Counted from the first letter of the stretch, positions 1 through 9,989 are shown. The stretch is 64,000 bases of DNA from an uncultured Spirochaetota bacterium (GCA_963745235.1 CAVUXE010000053.1:288001-352000), one strand, 5' to 3'. A program made the numbers and translations. The notes: generated from the sequence alone by a model not told the origin.

Positions 1-311
1 TGTTTGAGCGACAGCAGCAGGGGATGGAGCTGAAAACGGCGTTGGATGCGCTGGTGGCCCGCGTCCAGGAACACACCCGCACCGAAGAAGGCTTCCTCCT
101 GAAAAACCACGTTGCCGGCTTCAAGGACCATCACATGCGCCACACCACATTCCTGGCCGGGCTGGTGGACCTGCGGGACCGGGCGCAGCAGGAAGGTTTT
201 GTCATGGCGCCGGACGTCGCGGAACTTTTGATGGAATATTTCGTTGCTCATATTCTCACCGTGGATGGGAGCTATTCCAATCTGGCTCAAAGGCGAGCAC
301 TGACTCGCTGA
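1..311 (+). CDS. Hemerythrin-domain protein, 3' part (frame open to the window edge)
   Basis: Iron-ligand pattern H-x3-EE (EHTRTEE), HHMRH and H-x4-D (AHILTVD). The frame has no stop upstream of ATG 24, so the gene likely starts before the window. Confidence 0.7.
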   Translation, partial: FERQQQGMELKTALDALVARVQEHTRTEEGFLLKNHVAGFKDHHMRHTTFLAGLVDLRDRAQQEGFVMAPDVAELLMEYFVAHILTVDGSYSNLAQRRALTR

Positions 312-333
312 TGTGCGCACCAAGGAGAGATCG

Positions 334-696
334 ATGACTGGCTTGGACAAGGAGAGTGTTCTCCGCTATCGAAAGACCGTCCAGTCCCTGGTTCCGCGGT
401 TTGTGCCCGCGGGGAAGTCCGTGGACGGAGTGCTGGAAGAGCTCGCTGAAAAGTGGAACCCTCTTTTCGATTCCCGGCAGAGACAGGACCTCGTGGAGGA
501 CGTGAATGCGCTCGTGCGGGACTTCCTGCGCCCCCTGCGGCAGAGCTTCGTCCAGAGGTGTCCCGACCCGGACAGGATCCGCGGCCTTGCCGAGCAGCTT
601 TCGCGAAGCGGGAGCCTCGCAAGGATCGCGAAGAAGGATGCCCTCGTGCGCTACCTCGAGCTCTACGTCGTGCGATGTCTCGACACCATGAAGTGA
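334..696 (+). CDS. Hypothetical helical protein
   Basis: ORF with AGGAG RBS before ATG 334; natural-looking amphipathic sequence; no recognised motif. Confidence 0.6.
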   Translation: MTGLDKESVLRYRKTVQSLVPRFVPAGKSVDGVLEELAEKWNPLFDSRQRQDLVEDVNALVRDFLRPLRQSFVQRCPDPDRIRGLAEQLSRSGSLARIAKKDALVRYLELYVVRCLDTMK

Positions 697-739
697 GCGG
701 GTCCTTGACAACGTCTTCCTGACTGCTACGCTCATCCGC

Positions 740-1669
740 ATGCGGAAAATGCTGTTCCTCCTTCTCTGCGCCCTGTCTATCCCGGTCCAGGGGCATGCTG
801 ACCTTTCCGTCGGGCTCATGCCCGCCATGAATTCGATCCCGCTCGTGGTGGCGGAAAAAGCGGGATTCTTCTCCGATTTCGGGGTGAACGTGCGTCTGGT
901 GCCCTTCTCCGGCCAACTCGAGCGGGAGACAGCGCTGCAGACCGGAGCAATAGACGGGACGATCTCAGACATGATCAACGCGATCCAGGCGTGGACGCAT
1001 GGCTTCGGCGCGCGAGTGACCTCCGTCAGCGAAGGGAGCTTCAGCCTGCTTTCCGCTCCGGGCTCGAAGCTCGCGACCATGGCGGACCTGCGTCGGCCGG
1101 GCGGCAGCGTGAAGACCGGCCTCCTGCAAAGCAGCATCGTGAACTACCTCACGCAGCGGATGATGGAGTCCAACGGCGCGGACCCGAAGCGGATCGAGCT
1201 CGTGCCGATTGTCGCCCTTCCCGCCCGGCTCGAAATGCTCCTTGCGGGGAGGATCGACGCGGCCTGCCTTCCTGAGCCGCTTGCCACCGTGGCGCTCGCC
1301 CGGGGAGCCCACCGGCTCGCTGACACCGAGGAGATGGGAACCACCCCCGGGGTCATCCTCTTCACGGCGAAGGCACTGGCCGAAAAGTCCAGCGAGGTCG
1401 CCCGTTTCTATCGCGCATACGACAGGGCGGTGGCGGAGATAAACGCCAACGGTGAATCGTATCGAGGCGCCATCGTGGCCGGGTGCGAGTTTCCGCCCGC
1501 CGCGCGGGACCTGATGCGGATTCCGCGCTTCCGCCGGTCTTTCACACCGACCGAAGCTCAGGTCTCCGATGTCACGGCGTGGATGAAGGAGAACGGACTG
1601 ATATCGGCTGGACCGCGCTACGAGGAAATCGTCGTCCGGGGGTTTGCGGCGGATGCTGGAGATCAGTAA
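740..1669 (+). CDS. ABC transporter substrate-binding protein, NitT/TauT (SsuA-like) family
   Basis: Signal peptide; 'PLVVAEKAGFF' and 'GRIDAACLPEP' are typical of the family; adjacent ATPase and permease. Confidence 0.85.
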   Translation: MRKMLFLLLCALSIPVQGHADLSVGLMPAMNSIPLVVAEKAGFFSDFGVNVRLVPFSGQLERETALQTGAIDGTISDMINAIQAWTHGFGARVTSVSEGSFSLLSAPGSKLATMADLRRPGGSVKTGLLQSSIVNYLTQRMMESNGADPKRIELVPIVALPARLEMLLAGRIDAACLPEPLATVALARGAHRLADTEEMGTTPGVILFTAKALAEKSSEVARFYRAYDRAVAEINANGESYRGAIVAGCEFPPAARDLMRIPRFRRSFTPTEAQVSDVTAWMKENGLISAGPRYEEIVVRGFAADAGDQ

Positions 1670-2392
1670 CTGCTCAGCCGGATACGATGGGAAACAGGTC
1701 TTTCACGACGTCAGCCTTTCAGTTTCCGGGGAAAAACCGGCTGCATCATCGGACCCAGCGGCTGCGGGAAGACAACCCTCCTCATGCTGGCAGCCGGGCT
1801 GAAGGGCGCGGATGCCGGCTCGGTGCGGCTTGACGGGCTGCCCGTCACCGCGGGGGACAGCCGCGTCGGGCTGATACTCCAGCACTATGGCCTTTTCCCC
1901 TGGCTCACAGTTTCCGAAAACATCGCTGTGGGTCTCCGCCTGAGGCACGTGGCGGCAGCGGCCCGGCGCAGGATGGTTGCCCGTGAGCTTTCCCGGCTCG
2001 GACTGCAGGAATGCGCGGAGCGCTACCCGAACGCGTTGAGCGGAGGGCAGCAGCAGAGGGTTGCCATTGCGCGGAGCATGACCCTGGCCCCGCGCCTGCT
2101 GCTGATGGATGAGCCGTTTTCCGCGCTGGATGCGATGACCAGGGAGTCGCTGCAGGACGTCCTCTTGCAGACGCTGGAGGACAATTCCATGACCGTGCTC
2201 CTGGTCACTCACAGCATCGAGGAGGCGGCGTACCTCGGGGGGAGAATATGGCTCCTGGCAGGTTCCCCGGCGCGGATCCAGATGTGCTTCGAGAACCCCG
2301 GCCACGGAGCGCCGGGGTACAGGACTGACCCGTCGTTCTTTCGCCTGTGCGCGGAGATCCGGCGGCACCTGGAGCGCAGCCAGTGCGTTTGA
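1653..2392 (+). CDS. NitT/TauT ABC ATP-binding protein, frameshifted near 1725-1738
   Basis: ATG 1653 gives MLEISNCSAGYDGKQVFHDVSLSV; Walker A (GPSGCGKT), LSGGQQQR and LLLMDEPF lie in another frame after TTCCGGGGAAAAACCGG. Confidence 0.85.
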
Positions 2393-3138
2393 TGGCGCGC
2401 GCGCGTCTGCTGCCGGGGATCCTGGGGCTGACCGGCCTCGTTGCGGCATGGTGGGTGCTCTCCGTCTGTCTTCCCCCGGGCTTCGTCCCCGGTCCTCTCT
2501 CGGTTGCCGTCCGCTTCATCCAACTCGCCCCGACAGTGCTCTGGGTGCACGCGCTGGTCAGCGTGGGCAGGATGGGGGCCGCGGTGGCCCTTGCCCTTCT
2601 CACCGGCGTTCCCGCCGGTATTGCGCTGGGACGCGTGCGGTCGCTTGACCGGTTGTTTTCCCCCGTGGCCTACGTCCTGTACCCGGTCCCCAAGATCGCC
2701 CTGCTGCCCGTCGTCATGCTGCTGTTCGGGCTCGGCAACCTGTCGAAGGCAGTGGTCGTCTATCTCGTCCTCTTCTTCCAGGTTCTCCTGTCCAGCCGTG
2801 ACGGCGCGCGCGAGATACCGTCCCCGTACATCCTGTCCCTTCGATCACTCGGCGCGAACCGCTGGCAGACCCTCCGGTACGGCATCTGGCCCGCGCTGTT
2901 GCCGGGGCTGCTTTCGTCCCTTCGTGTCGGAACGGGGACGGCCCTGGCCGTCCTGTTCTTTGCGGAGACTTTCGGGACATCGCTCGGGCTGGGCTGGTTC
3001 GTCATGGAGTGCTGGATGCGGATGTCGTACGTGGACATGTTCGCGGGGATCATGTGCCTGGGGCTCGTCGGGCTCGGGCTCTTTCTGGGGATCGATCTGC
3101 TCCAGCGGACTCTGTGCAGGTGGCAGCGGAAGGTCTGA
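2392..3138 (+). CDS. NitT/TauT ABC permease
   Basis: TGATG coupling to the ATPase; 'YPVPKIALLP', 'SLGA' EAA-like loop, 'AETFG...GLG'. Confidence 0.88.
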   Translation: MARARLLPGILGLTGLVAAWWVLSVCLPPGFVPGPLSVAVRFIQLAPTVLWVHALVSVGRMGAAVALALLTGVPAGIALGRVRSLDRLFSPVAYVLYPVPKIALLPVVMLLFGLGNLSKAVVVYLVLFFQVLLSSRDGAREIPSPYILSLRSLGANRWQTLRYGIWPALLPGLLSSLRVGTGTALAVLFFAETFGTSLGLGWFVMECWMRMSYVDMFAGIMCLGLVGLGLFLGIDLLQRTLCRWQRKV

Positions 3139-3149
3139 GGCACGCGTTC

Positions 3150-4322
3150 TCAGACCCGTTGCTCATTCACGAAAAAGGAAACCCTGGTTCCTTTGCCAGG
3201 GGAAGACTGGACGTCGATCTTTCCCCCGACCGCCCGCGCTCTTTCTCTCATGCTGAGCAGCCCCAGGGACAGAGGGCGGTCCTCCCGGCTGAATCCGCTG
3301 CCGTCGTCCTGCACCTGCACGGAAAGCCGGCCGCCGTCACGGTCCACTGACACACTCACGCTGGAAGGCTGCGCATGGCGCGCGGCGTTCGTCAGCGCTT
3401 CCTGCACGATCCGGTAAGCGGCAAGGGAGACCTCGAAGGACTGGCCGTCGAACGTCCCTGTCGCGGCGAAGGTGACAGGGATGCGCGTGCGTCCCGTGAA
3501 CTCCGCGATCATTTCCTGGACTGCCCCGGGGAGGCCGATGCGCTTCAGCTCCGTCGGCGACAGCGACGCGGAGAGGGCCCTGATCTCTCGGAGTATCTTC
3601 CCGGCGACATCGCCCAGCTGATCGATCTGCTCAGCGTCCAGCGCGGCGCCTGCCTGGCGCGCCTGGCTCAGGATGATGGAAAGGTAGGTGAGCTGCTGGC
3701 CGGCATCGTCGTGGAGCGCCTCCGCCACTGTCTGCCGCTCTCTTTCCTGGAGCTTGATGAGGCCGTCGGTGAGCTCGCGAAGCTCCTTTTCCGTTCGTTT
3801 GCGCTCCGTGATGTCCACAAGAGTCATGCGAAGCTCATCTGCCCCGGTGTCACAGGTGAAATCCACCTTGACCCACGCGCGGGCGCCGCCGGCGTGAACG
3901 AGGAGGGCATCGAAGGAGCGGGCGGTCCCTGATGCGCGGGCCTCCGCGGCCACCCGGAAGAATGTGCTGCGAAAGCTTTCCTCCAGGTACGAGGAGAACC
4001 GGCGGGTCGGCGGGGAAGGCCTTGGAATCCCGAGAATCTTCGACGCGGCGATGTTCGCCTGGGTGATGAGGTTGTGCCTGTCCAGCGTGAGGTATCCCAC
4101 GGGCGCGTTGTCGTAGAGCGACATGTAGCGGTCCCGCATTCTCTGAAGCTCATCCTCGGTGTGGCGCAGCTCTTCGACCTGCAGCTCGAGCTCCACCTGG
4201 TGCACGCGCAGCTCGTGCAGGGCCTCGAGGTACGTCGCATCCGGGGGCGCCGCCGGGCTCTCCGCTACGATCTTTTCCGCCCGCGTGCGCAGCGTCCTCC
4301 TGCCGGACTTCTTCGGTTTCAT
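3150..4322 (-). CDS. PAS-domain sensor histidine kinase (HisKA_3, NarX/UhpB type)
   Basis: 'ERQTVAEALHDDAGQ' H-box, 'QEALTNAARHA' N-box, 'DDGSGF' G1, PAS 'LYDNAPVGY'. Confidence 0.9.
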   Translation of the reverse strand: MKPKKSGRRTLRTRAEKIVAESPAAPPDATYLEALHELRVHQVELELQVEELRHTEDELQRMRDRYMSLYDNAPVGYLTLDRHNLITQANIAASKILGIPRPSPPTRRFSSYLEESFRSTFFRVAAEARASGTARSFDALLVHAGGARAWVKVDFTCDTGADELRMTLVDITERKRTEKELRELTDGLIKLQERERQTVAEALHDDAGQQLTYLSIILSQARQAGAALDAEQIDQLGDVAGKILREIRALSASLSPTELKRIGLPGAVQEMIAEFTGRTRIPVTFAATGTFDGQSFEVSLAAYRIVQEALTNAARHAQPSSVSVSVDRDGGRLSVQVQDDGSGFSREDRPLSLGLLSMRERARAVGGKIDVQSSPGKGTRVSFFVNEQRV

Positions 4323-6805
4323 GGCGGGGTGATGTGCTCGCTGATGTCGATGAAGGAAAGCACGACCCCGGCAATCGCGTCGTGGGCGGTGCGATAGGGA
4401 TGAAGCCGCATCGAATACCAGTGCCCGTCCCCGGTCTGCACCACTTTGCGATACGGGATGAGAGAATCCAGCACTTTCTGCGCGTGCTCGACCAGGTCTT
4501 CCCCCCGGAGGCTGGATGTCACGTGGCCCAGGGGCCTGCCCACGTCCGTGCTGATCAGGTTGAAGATCCGCGTCGCGTCCGGCGTGTAGCGCTTGATCTG
4601 CAGGGCGTTGTCGAGGAAGATCGTCGCGATGTCGCTGCTGTTGAGGAGGTTCATCATGTCATCGTTGATGACCGAGAGCTCCTCGATGGTGTTCTGGTAT
4701 TCGTTGTTCACCGTCAGGAGCTCCTCGTTGACGGATTGCAGCTCCTCCCGCGACGTCTCCAGCTCCTCGTTGGCGCTCTGCAGCTCTTCGTTGGTGGACT
4801 GGTACTCCTCGTTGGCGGACCGCAGCTCCTCGTTGGCCGTCTCCAGCTCCTCGATGGTGCTCTTGAGGCTCTCCCGCGTGTACTGCAGCTCCGCTTCCAT
4901 CTGGCGTATCCGCGAGTCGCCGGTGCCTTTTTTCACCGTCCCGCGGCTCTCCGGGATCGAAAGCGACTCGCTGAAGCTGACGACGGCGAACCCCTGCCTC
5001 TCCGGGATCCCGACGATGGGCTGCACGGAAATGCGCGTGAGATAGACGGCGCCGCCGCGCCTGATCCGCACGCCATCCCGCACGATGGGGTTCTTCTGCG
5101 CGCTCGCCTCGATGAGCGCGGAGGAGAGAGCGCCGCGGAGCTCCGGGCGTGCCATGTCCATGATGCTCATGTTGGGCTCCCCCTGAGCGAGCTCGAGGAA
5201 CCTGTTTGTCTCCCCGTGGACATAGACGATGCGGAAGGCGGAGTCCACGAGGACGGAGGGGACAAGCGCCTGCAGGAGGGACCTCTCGGACAGGCTCCCC
5301 GCGAGCGCCTCCGGGCTCCGCGGCTGTGCAACGGAAAGATCGAGCCACGACTGATGGACGGGTATCGGAATGCGAATGTCCGACGACCCCTGTCTCCCGT
5401 AGATTTTCCACTTGCTGTCCAGCACGCGGAAGTAATCGGCGTATTCGCCTATCGTTTCCGCGGTTCCCAGGAAGAGAATGCCTTCGTTGCCCAGGGAATA
5501 GTGCAGCAGGGGAATGAGGCGGCGTTGGAGGTCCGAGCCGAGGTAGATGAGCACATTGCGCACGGAGATCAGGTCCATGCGTGAAAAGGGCGGATCGTTG
5601 GTGACGTCCTGCACCGCAAAGACGAGCTTCTCCCGCAGCTCTTTTCTGACCTGCAGCTGGTTGTCGCTGCGGGTGAAGAAGCGGCGGATCCGCTCATCGC
5701 TGACGTCCTGCGCAATGGTCGCCGGGTACATGCCTGCCCGCGCGGTGGAAATGGCGTCCGGATCGATGTCGGTGCCGAACACCTGGATCTCCATGAACTT
5801 GCCCAGCTCTTCCACGCATTCCTGCAGGAGGATGGCGAGGGAAAACGGCTCCTCCCCCGTCGAACAGCCCGCGGCCCATGCCCGCACGGTGTCCCCGTCT
5901 TTTCGCGCCGACAGCCGCTCCAGCACCAGCTTCTTCAGCACATCGAATGCCGGCGCATCGCGGAAGAATTGCGTGACGTTGATGAGGAGGTCCTTGAACA
6001 AGGTCTCTGTTTCCTCAGGACTTCCCCCAAGAAGCTCGGTGTACTCGTGGAGAGACTCGATGCGGTTCACGTTCATCCGCCTCTCGAGGCGTCTCGTGAG
6101 GGTGGAGGCCTTGTAACCGGAGAAGTCCCGCCTGGTGCGCAGCCGTATGATGGAGAGGATCTTCTGCATGTCGCTGGATTGCATCTCCACTGCCTGGCGG
6201 CGCCTTTCCGCGCCGACCCCGTGGCGTACATACCCCATGAGGGCGGAAGGCATGTCCGCGGGCGCGCCCACGAAATCCGCGGCGCCGCTCGCAATTGCCG
6301 CGCGCGGCATGCCGTCATACCGGGCGGTGACCGGATCCTGCACGATGATCATGCCGAGCTCCGCCTTGATGGCCGCTGCCCCGAGAGCGCCGTCCCTGCC
6401 CGTGCCCGACAGGATGATGCCGATGGCCCGCTCCCTCAACTCTTTCGCGAGGGACTGGAAGAAGACGTCAATGAGAGAGAGCTCCGGTTGGTCGACGCGG
6501 TCCCGGAGCCTGAGCCCCCGCCCCTGCAGCGTCATGGTTTTTGTCGGCGGCATCACGTAGACATGGTCCGGCTCCACCTGCTCCTCTTCAGCCTCCGTGA
6601 CCGGCAACGCCGTGCGCCGGCCCAGCAGAGCCGCCATGGCGCTGGGGTGGGTGGGATCGAGGTGCTGGATTATGACGAATGCAATTCCGGGCCGGGCCGG
6701 GACAGCGCTGAAGAAATGCTCGAGCGCCTCCAGGCCGCCGGCGGAAGCGCCAATGCCGACGATGGGAAAATCCGTTCCTGGGCCACTCTTCCTCTTCCCA
6801 GCCAC
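4319..6805 (-). CDS. CheB methylesterase-CheR methyltransferase-coiled coil-PAS fusion (CheBR)
   Basis: CheB GASAGG/QHL/GRDG; CheR 'VTQFFRD' and 'AAGCSTGEE'; NEEL heptads; C-terminal PAS; GTG 6805 follows a GGAGG RBS. Confidence 0.92.
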   Translation of the reverse strand: MAGKRKSGPGTDFPIVGIGASAGGLEALEHFFSAVPARPGIAFVIIQHLDPTHPSAMAALLGRRTALPVTEAEEEQVEPDHVYVMPPTKTMTLQGRGLRLRDRVDQPELSLIDVFFQSLAKELRERAIGIILSGTGRDGALGAAAIKAELGMIIVQDPVTARYDGMPRAAIASGAADFVGAPADMPSALMGYVRHGVGAERRRQAVEMQSSDMQKILSIIRLRTRRDFSGYKASTLTRRLERRMNVNRIESLHEYTELLGGSPEETETLFKDLLINVTQFFRDAPAFDVLKKLVLERLSARKDGDTVRAWAAGCSTGEEPFSLAILLQECVEELGKFMEIQVFGTDIDPDAISTARAGMYPATIAQDVSDERIRRFFTRSDNQLQVRKELREKLVFAVQDVTNDPPFSRMDLISVRNVLIYLGSDLQRRLIPLLHYSLGNEGILFLGTAETIGEYADYFRVLDSKWKIYGRQGSSDIRIPIPVHQSWLDLSVAQPRSPEALAGSLSERSLLQALVPSVLVDSAFRIVYVHGETNRFLELAQGEPNMSIMDMARPELRGALSSALIEASAQKNPIVRDGVRIRRGGAVYLTRISVQPIVGIPERQGFAVVSFSESLSIPESRGTVKKGTGDSRIRQMEAELQYTRESLKSTIEELETANEELRSANEEYQSTNEELQSANEELETSREELQSVNEELLTVNNEYQNTIEELSVINDDMMNLLNSSDIATIFLDNALQIKRYTPDATRIFNLISTDVGRPLGHVTSSLRGEDLVEHAQKVLDSLIPYRKVVQTGDGHWYSMRLHPYRTAHDAIAGVVLSFIDISEHITPP

Positions 6806-6946
6806 GTTTCCTCCCTCAGCCAAGAGAGCCGGCAATTCCAAGCGTACCACATCACGGCGGGGATTGAAAGCGGAGTTTCCCTGTGGCAGGGCCGAAAGGA
6901 CCGCGGCGACCGAGGGACGGAAGCGCTGGGGTCGGGCCGCAAAGGG

Positions 6947-8086
6947 TCAGCCGCGATAGGACCGTCGGTATGCTCCTGGCGTGACCCCCTGGGAGCCGCG
7001 GAACGCCGCGTAGAATCGCTGCGCGTTCGCGAAGCCTGTCTCCGCCGCGATTGCCGCGACCGTCAAGGTGGTGTCGCGAAGCAGTCTGCGAGCCGCGTCA
7101 AGCCGCTGCTTGATGATTTCCTGGTGGATACTCCTGCCGACGGCTTTTCTGAACCTCTTCTCGAGGGTCCGCCGGGAGGAGGGCACGGACAGCACAACGG
7201 CACCGACGCTCCGAGGCCCCGCTGCGGTTCCGTGGATGAGCCGCATGGCCTCGTCCACCAGGGGATCTCCCGTTGTGATTGTCCTGGTCGATGCCCGCTC
7301 CACTACTTCCCGAGGCGAAACCAGGATGGGCGCCGAGCGCATCTGCCTGCCGGCCATGAATCCGTCCAGGGCTTCCGCTGCCTCCCAGCCGATGCGCTCC
7401 AGGTCCAGCGAAATGCTGGAAAGGGGCGGCACGGACAGCTCGCACAGAATGTCTTCGTTGTCCACGCCAAGGATCGCGACATCCGCCGGCACCTGCAGGC
7501 CCAGGCGCCTGCACGCAGCGCCCGCCTTCAGCCCCGCCGTGTCGTTGCAGGCGAACAGGGCCACCGGCTTACGAAGCCCGCGCAGCCATTCGTCGAAACG
7601 CCGCGACTCGCGCAGGCTCTCCCACCAGGCGAGGGGCCGCTCAAAAACTGAAACGCGTGACGGGGCGACCACGCTCCTGAACCCCTCCCGCCGTGCCTGC
7701 GACCAGCCCACTCTCCCGACCCCGCAGAAAGCGCAGGCGACGACTCCCAGGGTCTTCAGGTGCCGCCCGGCAAGAGCGCCGGTAGCAGCGTCGTCATTGC
7801 AGACCTGGCGGAAAGCCGGTCTTCCCCACGCCCCCGCGACGTCCACCACCGGGATGCCGCGGGCGGCCAGCTGGTCCGCGTGCCTGCTGGACTCGATGCG
7901 CGCCACCAGCCCGTCACCGTCCCATCGCTCCAGGGATCCCAGGGACTGGAACATCCAGCCGTAGCCGTACAGATCCCAGTCCGGCCTTCCACGCGCGAAG
8001 CGCACCACCCCCCGCGCAATCCCGTGCTCGAAGTGGTCAATGAGGCCCATGAACAGCCCGACGCGCCGCCGCCTGTGTCCCCGCAT
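6947..8086 (-). CDS. XylR-type regulator (periplasmic-binding-fold sensor plus C-terminal AraC HTH)
   Basis: 'KPVALFACND', 'VAILGVDNE', 'LSSI', 'SRRTLEKRF', 'IAAETGF'. Confidence 0.88.
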   Translation of the reverse strand: MRGHRRRRVGLFMGLIDHFEHGIARGVVRFARGRPDWDLYGYGWMFQSLGSLERWDGDGLVARIESSRHADQLAARGIPVVDVAGAWGRPAFRQVCNDDAATGALAGRHLKTLGVVACAFCGVGRVGWSQARREGFRSVVAPSRVSVFERPLAWWESLRESRRFDEWLRGLRKPVALFACNDTAGLKAGAACRRLGLQVPADVAILGVDNEDILCELSVPPLSSISLDLERIGWEAAEALDGFMAGRQMRSAPILVSPREVVERASTRTITTGDPLVDEAMRLIHGTAAGPRSVGAVVLSVPSSRRTLEKRFRKAVGRSIHQEIIKQRLDAARRLLRDTTLTVAAIAAETGFANAQRFYAAFRGSQGVTPGAYRRSYRG

Positions 8087-8097
8087 TCACCCTCTCT

Positions 8098-8134
8098 TAC
8101 GCAAAACGTGATAAAGTATACGCAATTTGGACAC
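8098..8134. promoter_or_regulatory. Putative XylR/AraC operator (TACGCAA direct repeat, 21-bp period)
   Basis: TACGCAA at 8098 and 8119 in the divergent intergenic region. Confidence 0.5.
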
Positions 8135-8180
8135 CCCCGCAAGGCTGATCCGGGATACGATGGCGGGTGGAGGAGCAGAG

Positions 8181-9188
8181 ATGGACAGGAACGAGCTCAT
8201 CGTGGTGGCAGGCGCGGGCGGCTTCATTGCCGGCGCCCTGGTCAGCTATTTTCATGACCGCGGTTTTGCCAGGATCAGGGCGGTGGACAAGAAGCCTCTT
8301 TCCCAATGGTACCAGCGCACCCCAGGCGTGGAGAACCTCTGCCTGGACCTGAGCCAGGAGGACAATTGCCGCACGGCAGTTGCAGGGGCTGCGGAGGTCT
8401 ACAACCTGGCCGCTGACATGGGCGGCATGGGCTTCATTGAACGCCACCGCGTGGAATGCCTGCGCAGCGTCCTGATCAACACGCACCTTGTCGAGTCGGC
8501 GTGGAAAGCAGGAGCGCAGCGCTACTTCTTCTCCTCCTCCGCGTGCGCGTACAACACCGATCTGCAGAAAGACCCGAATGTGCGCGCGTTGAAGGAGACC
8601 GACGCGTATCCGGCCATGGCGGAGCGCGGCTACGGCTGGGAAAAGCTCATATCGGAGATCTTCTGCCAGGAGTACAGCGCGGAAAGGGGCCTTGCAACCT
8701 TCATCGCCCGGTTCCACAACGTGTACGGGCCGTTCGGCACCTGGGACGGCGGCCGGGAGAAAGCGCCGGCTGCAATCTGCCGCAAGGTCATTGAGGCGAA
8801 GGATCGCAACGCGAAAGAGATCATGATCTGGGGGGACGGCACGCAGACTCGCAGCTTCATGTACATCGACGATTGCACGAAGGGAATCGACACCATCATG
8901 CACTGCGACGCGCTTCGCGCCACGCCGATCAACCTCGGGTCCTCGGAGCTGGTCTCCATCAACGACCTGGTGGGCATTGTCGAGACCATTGGAGGCGTGA
9001 AGCTCACCCGCCGCTATGATCCGACGGCACCCCGCGGAGTGGCGGGCCGCAACAGCGACAACACGATGATCCACAAGGTCCTCGGTTGGGAGCCGGATAC
9101 CTCGCTCAAGGACGGCCTGGCAAAGACCTACCGCTGGATCGAGCAGCAGTACGGCGATCGCAAGGCCGGAAAGCACACGGTGAGCTAG
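8181..9188 (+). CDS. NAD-dependent NDP-sugar epimerase, GDP-mannose 3,5-epimerase-like
   Basis: GAGGFIA, 'NLAADMGGMGFI', 'SSSACAY', YGWEK, 'GGREKAPAA', 'GVAGRNSDN'. Confidence 0.85.
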   Translation: MDRNELIVVAGAGGFIAGALVSYFHDRGFARIRAVDKKPLSQWYQRTPGVENLCLDLSQEDNCRTAVAGAAEVYNLAADMGGMGFIERHRVECLRSVLINTHLVESAWKAGAQRYFFSSSACAYNTDLQKDPNVRALKETDAYPAMAERGYGWEKLISEIFCQEYSAERGLATFIARFHNVYGPFGTWDGGREKAPAAICRKVIEAKDRNAKEIMIWGDGTQTRSFMYIDDCTKGIDTIMHCDALRATPINLGSSELVSINDLVGIVETIGGVKLTRRYDPTAPRGVAGRNSDNTMIHKVLGWEPDTSLKDGLAKTYRWIEQQYGDRKAGKHTVS

Positions 9189-9192
9189 GGCC

Positions 9193-9984
9193 ATGGCGAA
9201 GGAGCTGGGCCAGATCATCGGACCCATGCCATATCGCATGGCGTTCGCAGGCGGTTGGATCGACCAGCCTTTTGTCTCCCGGCTGAACCCCGAGCCCCCG
9301 GGCTCAATGGTGACCGTGGCCGTCGAGCCCACCTTCCGCTGGATGGACCGATGCGGCATGGCAACCTCCACCCGCGGCGTTGCGCTTCGTCACTGGGGGG
9401 GCCGAATGCCGCGCGGGGACCCGCGGCGGCTCGTGCGGGAGCTCTACGAAGCGGAAAACAAGGGAAAGGCCGACCCTTCCGGAAGCCAGGACATGGTGGG
9501 CCTGCTGTATCCGGGCATCTGTCGGCTGGACTACGACGCATCCGCTGAGGGGGGCGTGTTCCCTGTCGAGATCGAGACATGTACCGATCCGGCTGTCGCC
9601 CGCTGGCTGGAGCGGACCATCAAGGTTCTTCCCGTGGCTCCGCGACCTGCCGACTACGAGCCGCTGGCGGCGCAGAACCTCGACCCTGCGTGGATCGCCA
9701 GGCTGGGGAAATCCGGACGCGCCTGCTGGGATGCCATTCTTGGCATGGACGCGGCCGGTCTTGGCGAATCGATGAACGAGTGCATGAGATGCTGGGAGGC
9801 CCTGCTTCCCCACGTGGTGCGGCCTCCGGGCTCCTCCATCGACCTGACGGGGCTTCTCGCTTACTACCAGGGTATCAGCCATGGCGCCATGTTCTCAGGG
9901 TGCGGCGGCGGATATTTCTACGTCGTCAGCGAGGCTCCCGTGCCCGGCACGTTCCCGGTGCAGGTCCGTGCTCGGACCCCGTAA
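9193..9984 (+). CDS. GHMP-kinase-like protein (short, degenerate ATP loop)
   Basis: 'PYRMAFAGGWID', 'SGSQD' and 'GAMFSGCGGG' resemble HddA-type GHMP motifs. Confidence 0.6.
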   Translation: MAKELGQIIGPMPYRMAFAGGWIDQPFVSRLNPEPPGSMVTVAVEPTFRWMDRCGMATSTRGVALRHWGGRMPRGDPRRLVRELYEAENKGKADPSGSQDMVGLLYPGICRLDYDASAEGGVFPVEIETCTDPAVARWLERTIKVLPVAPRPADYEPLAAQNLDPAWIARLGKSGRACWDAILGMDAAGLGESMNECMRCWEALLPHVVRPPGSSIDLTGLLAYYQGISHGAMFSGCGGGYFYVVSEAPVPGTFPVQVRARTP

Positions 9985-9989
9985 CCGCC

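Noticed and set aside
1722-1740. Programmed ribosomal frameshift at GGGGAAAAAC
   Set aside because: Looks slippery, but six other unrelated genes show similar single-base breaks, so assembly error is more parsimonious.
4680-4870. ~21-bp periodic repeats (CAGCTCCTCGTTGG-like) resembling a CRISPR or tandem array
   Set aside because: They encode the NEEL heptads of CheBR; degenerate, with no unique spacers and no cas genes.
5969-7651. 560-aa plus-strand ORF
   Set aside because: Antisense shadow of CheBR and XylR; expected in GC-rich DNA; no motifs.
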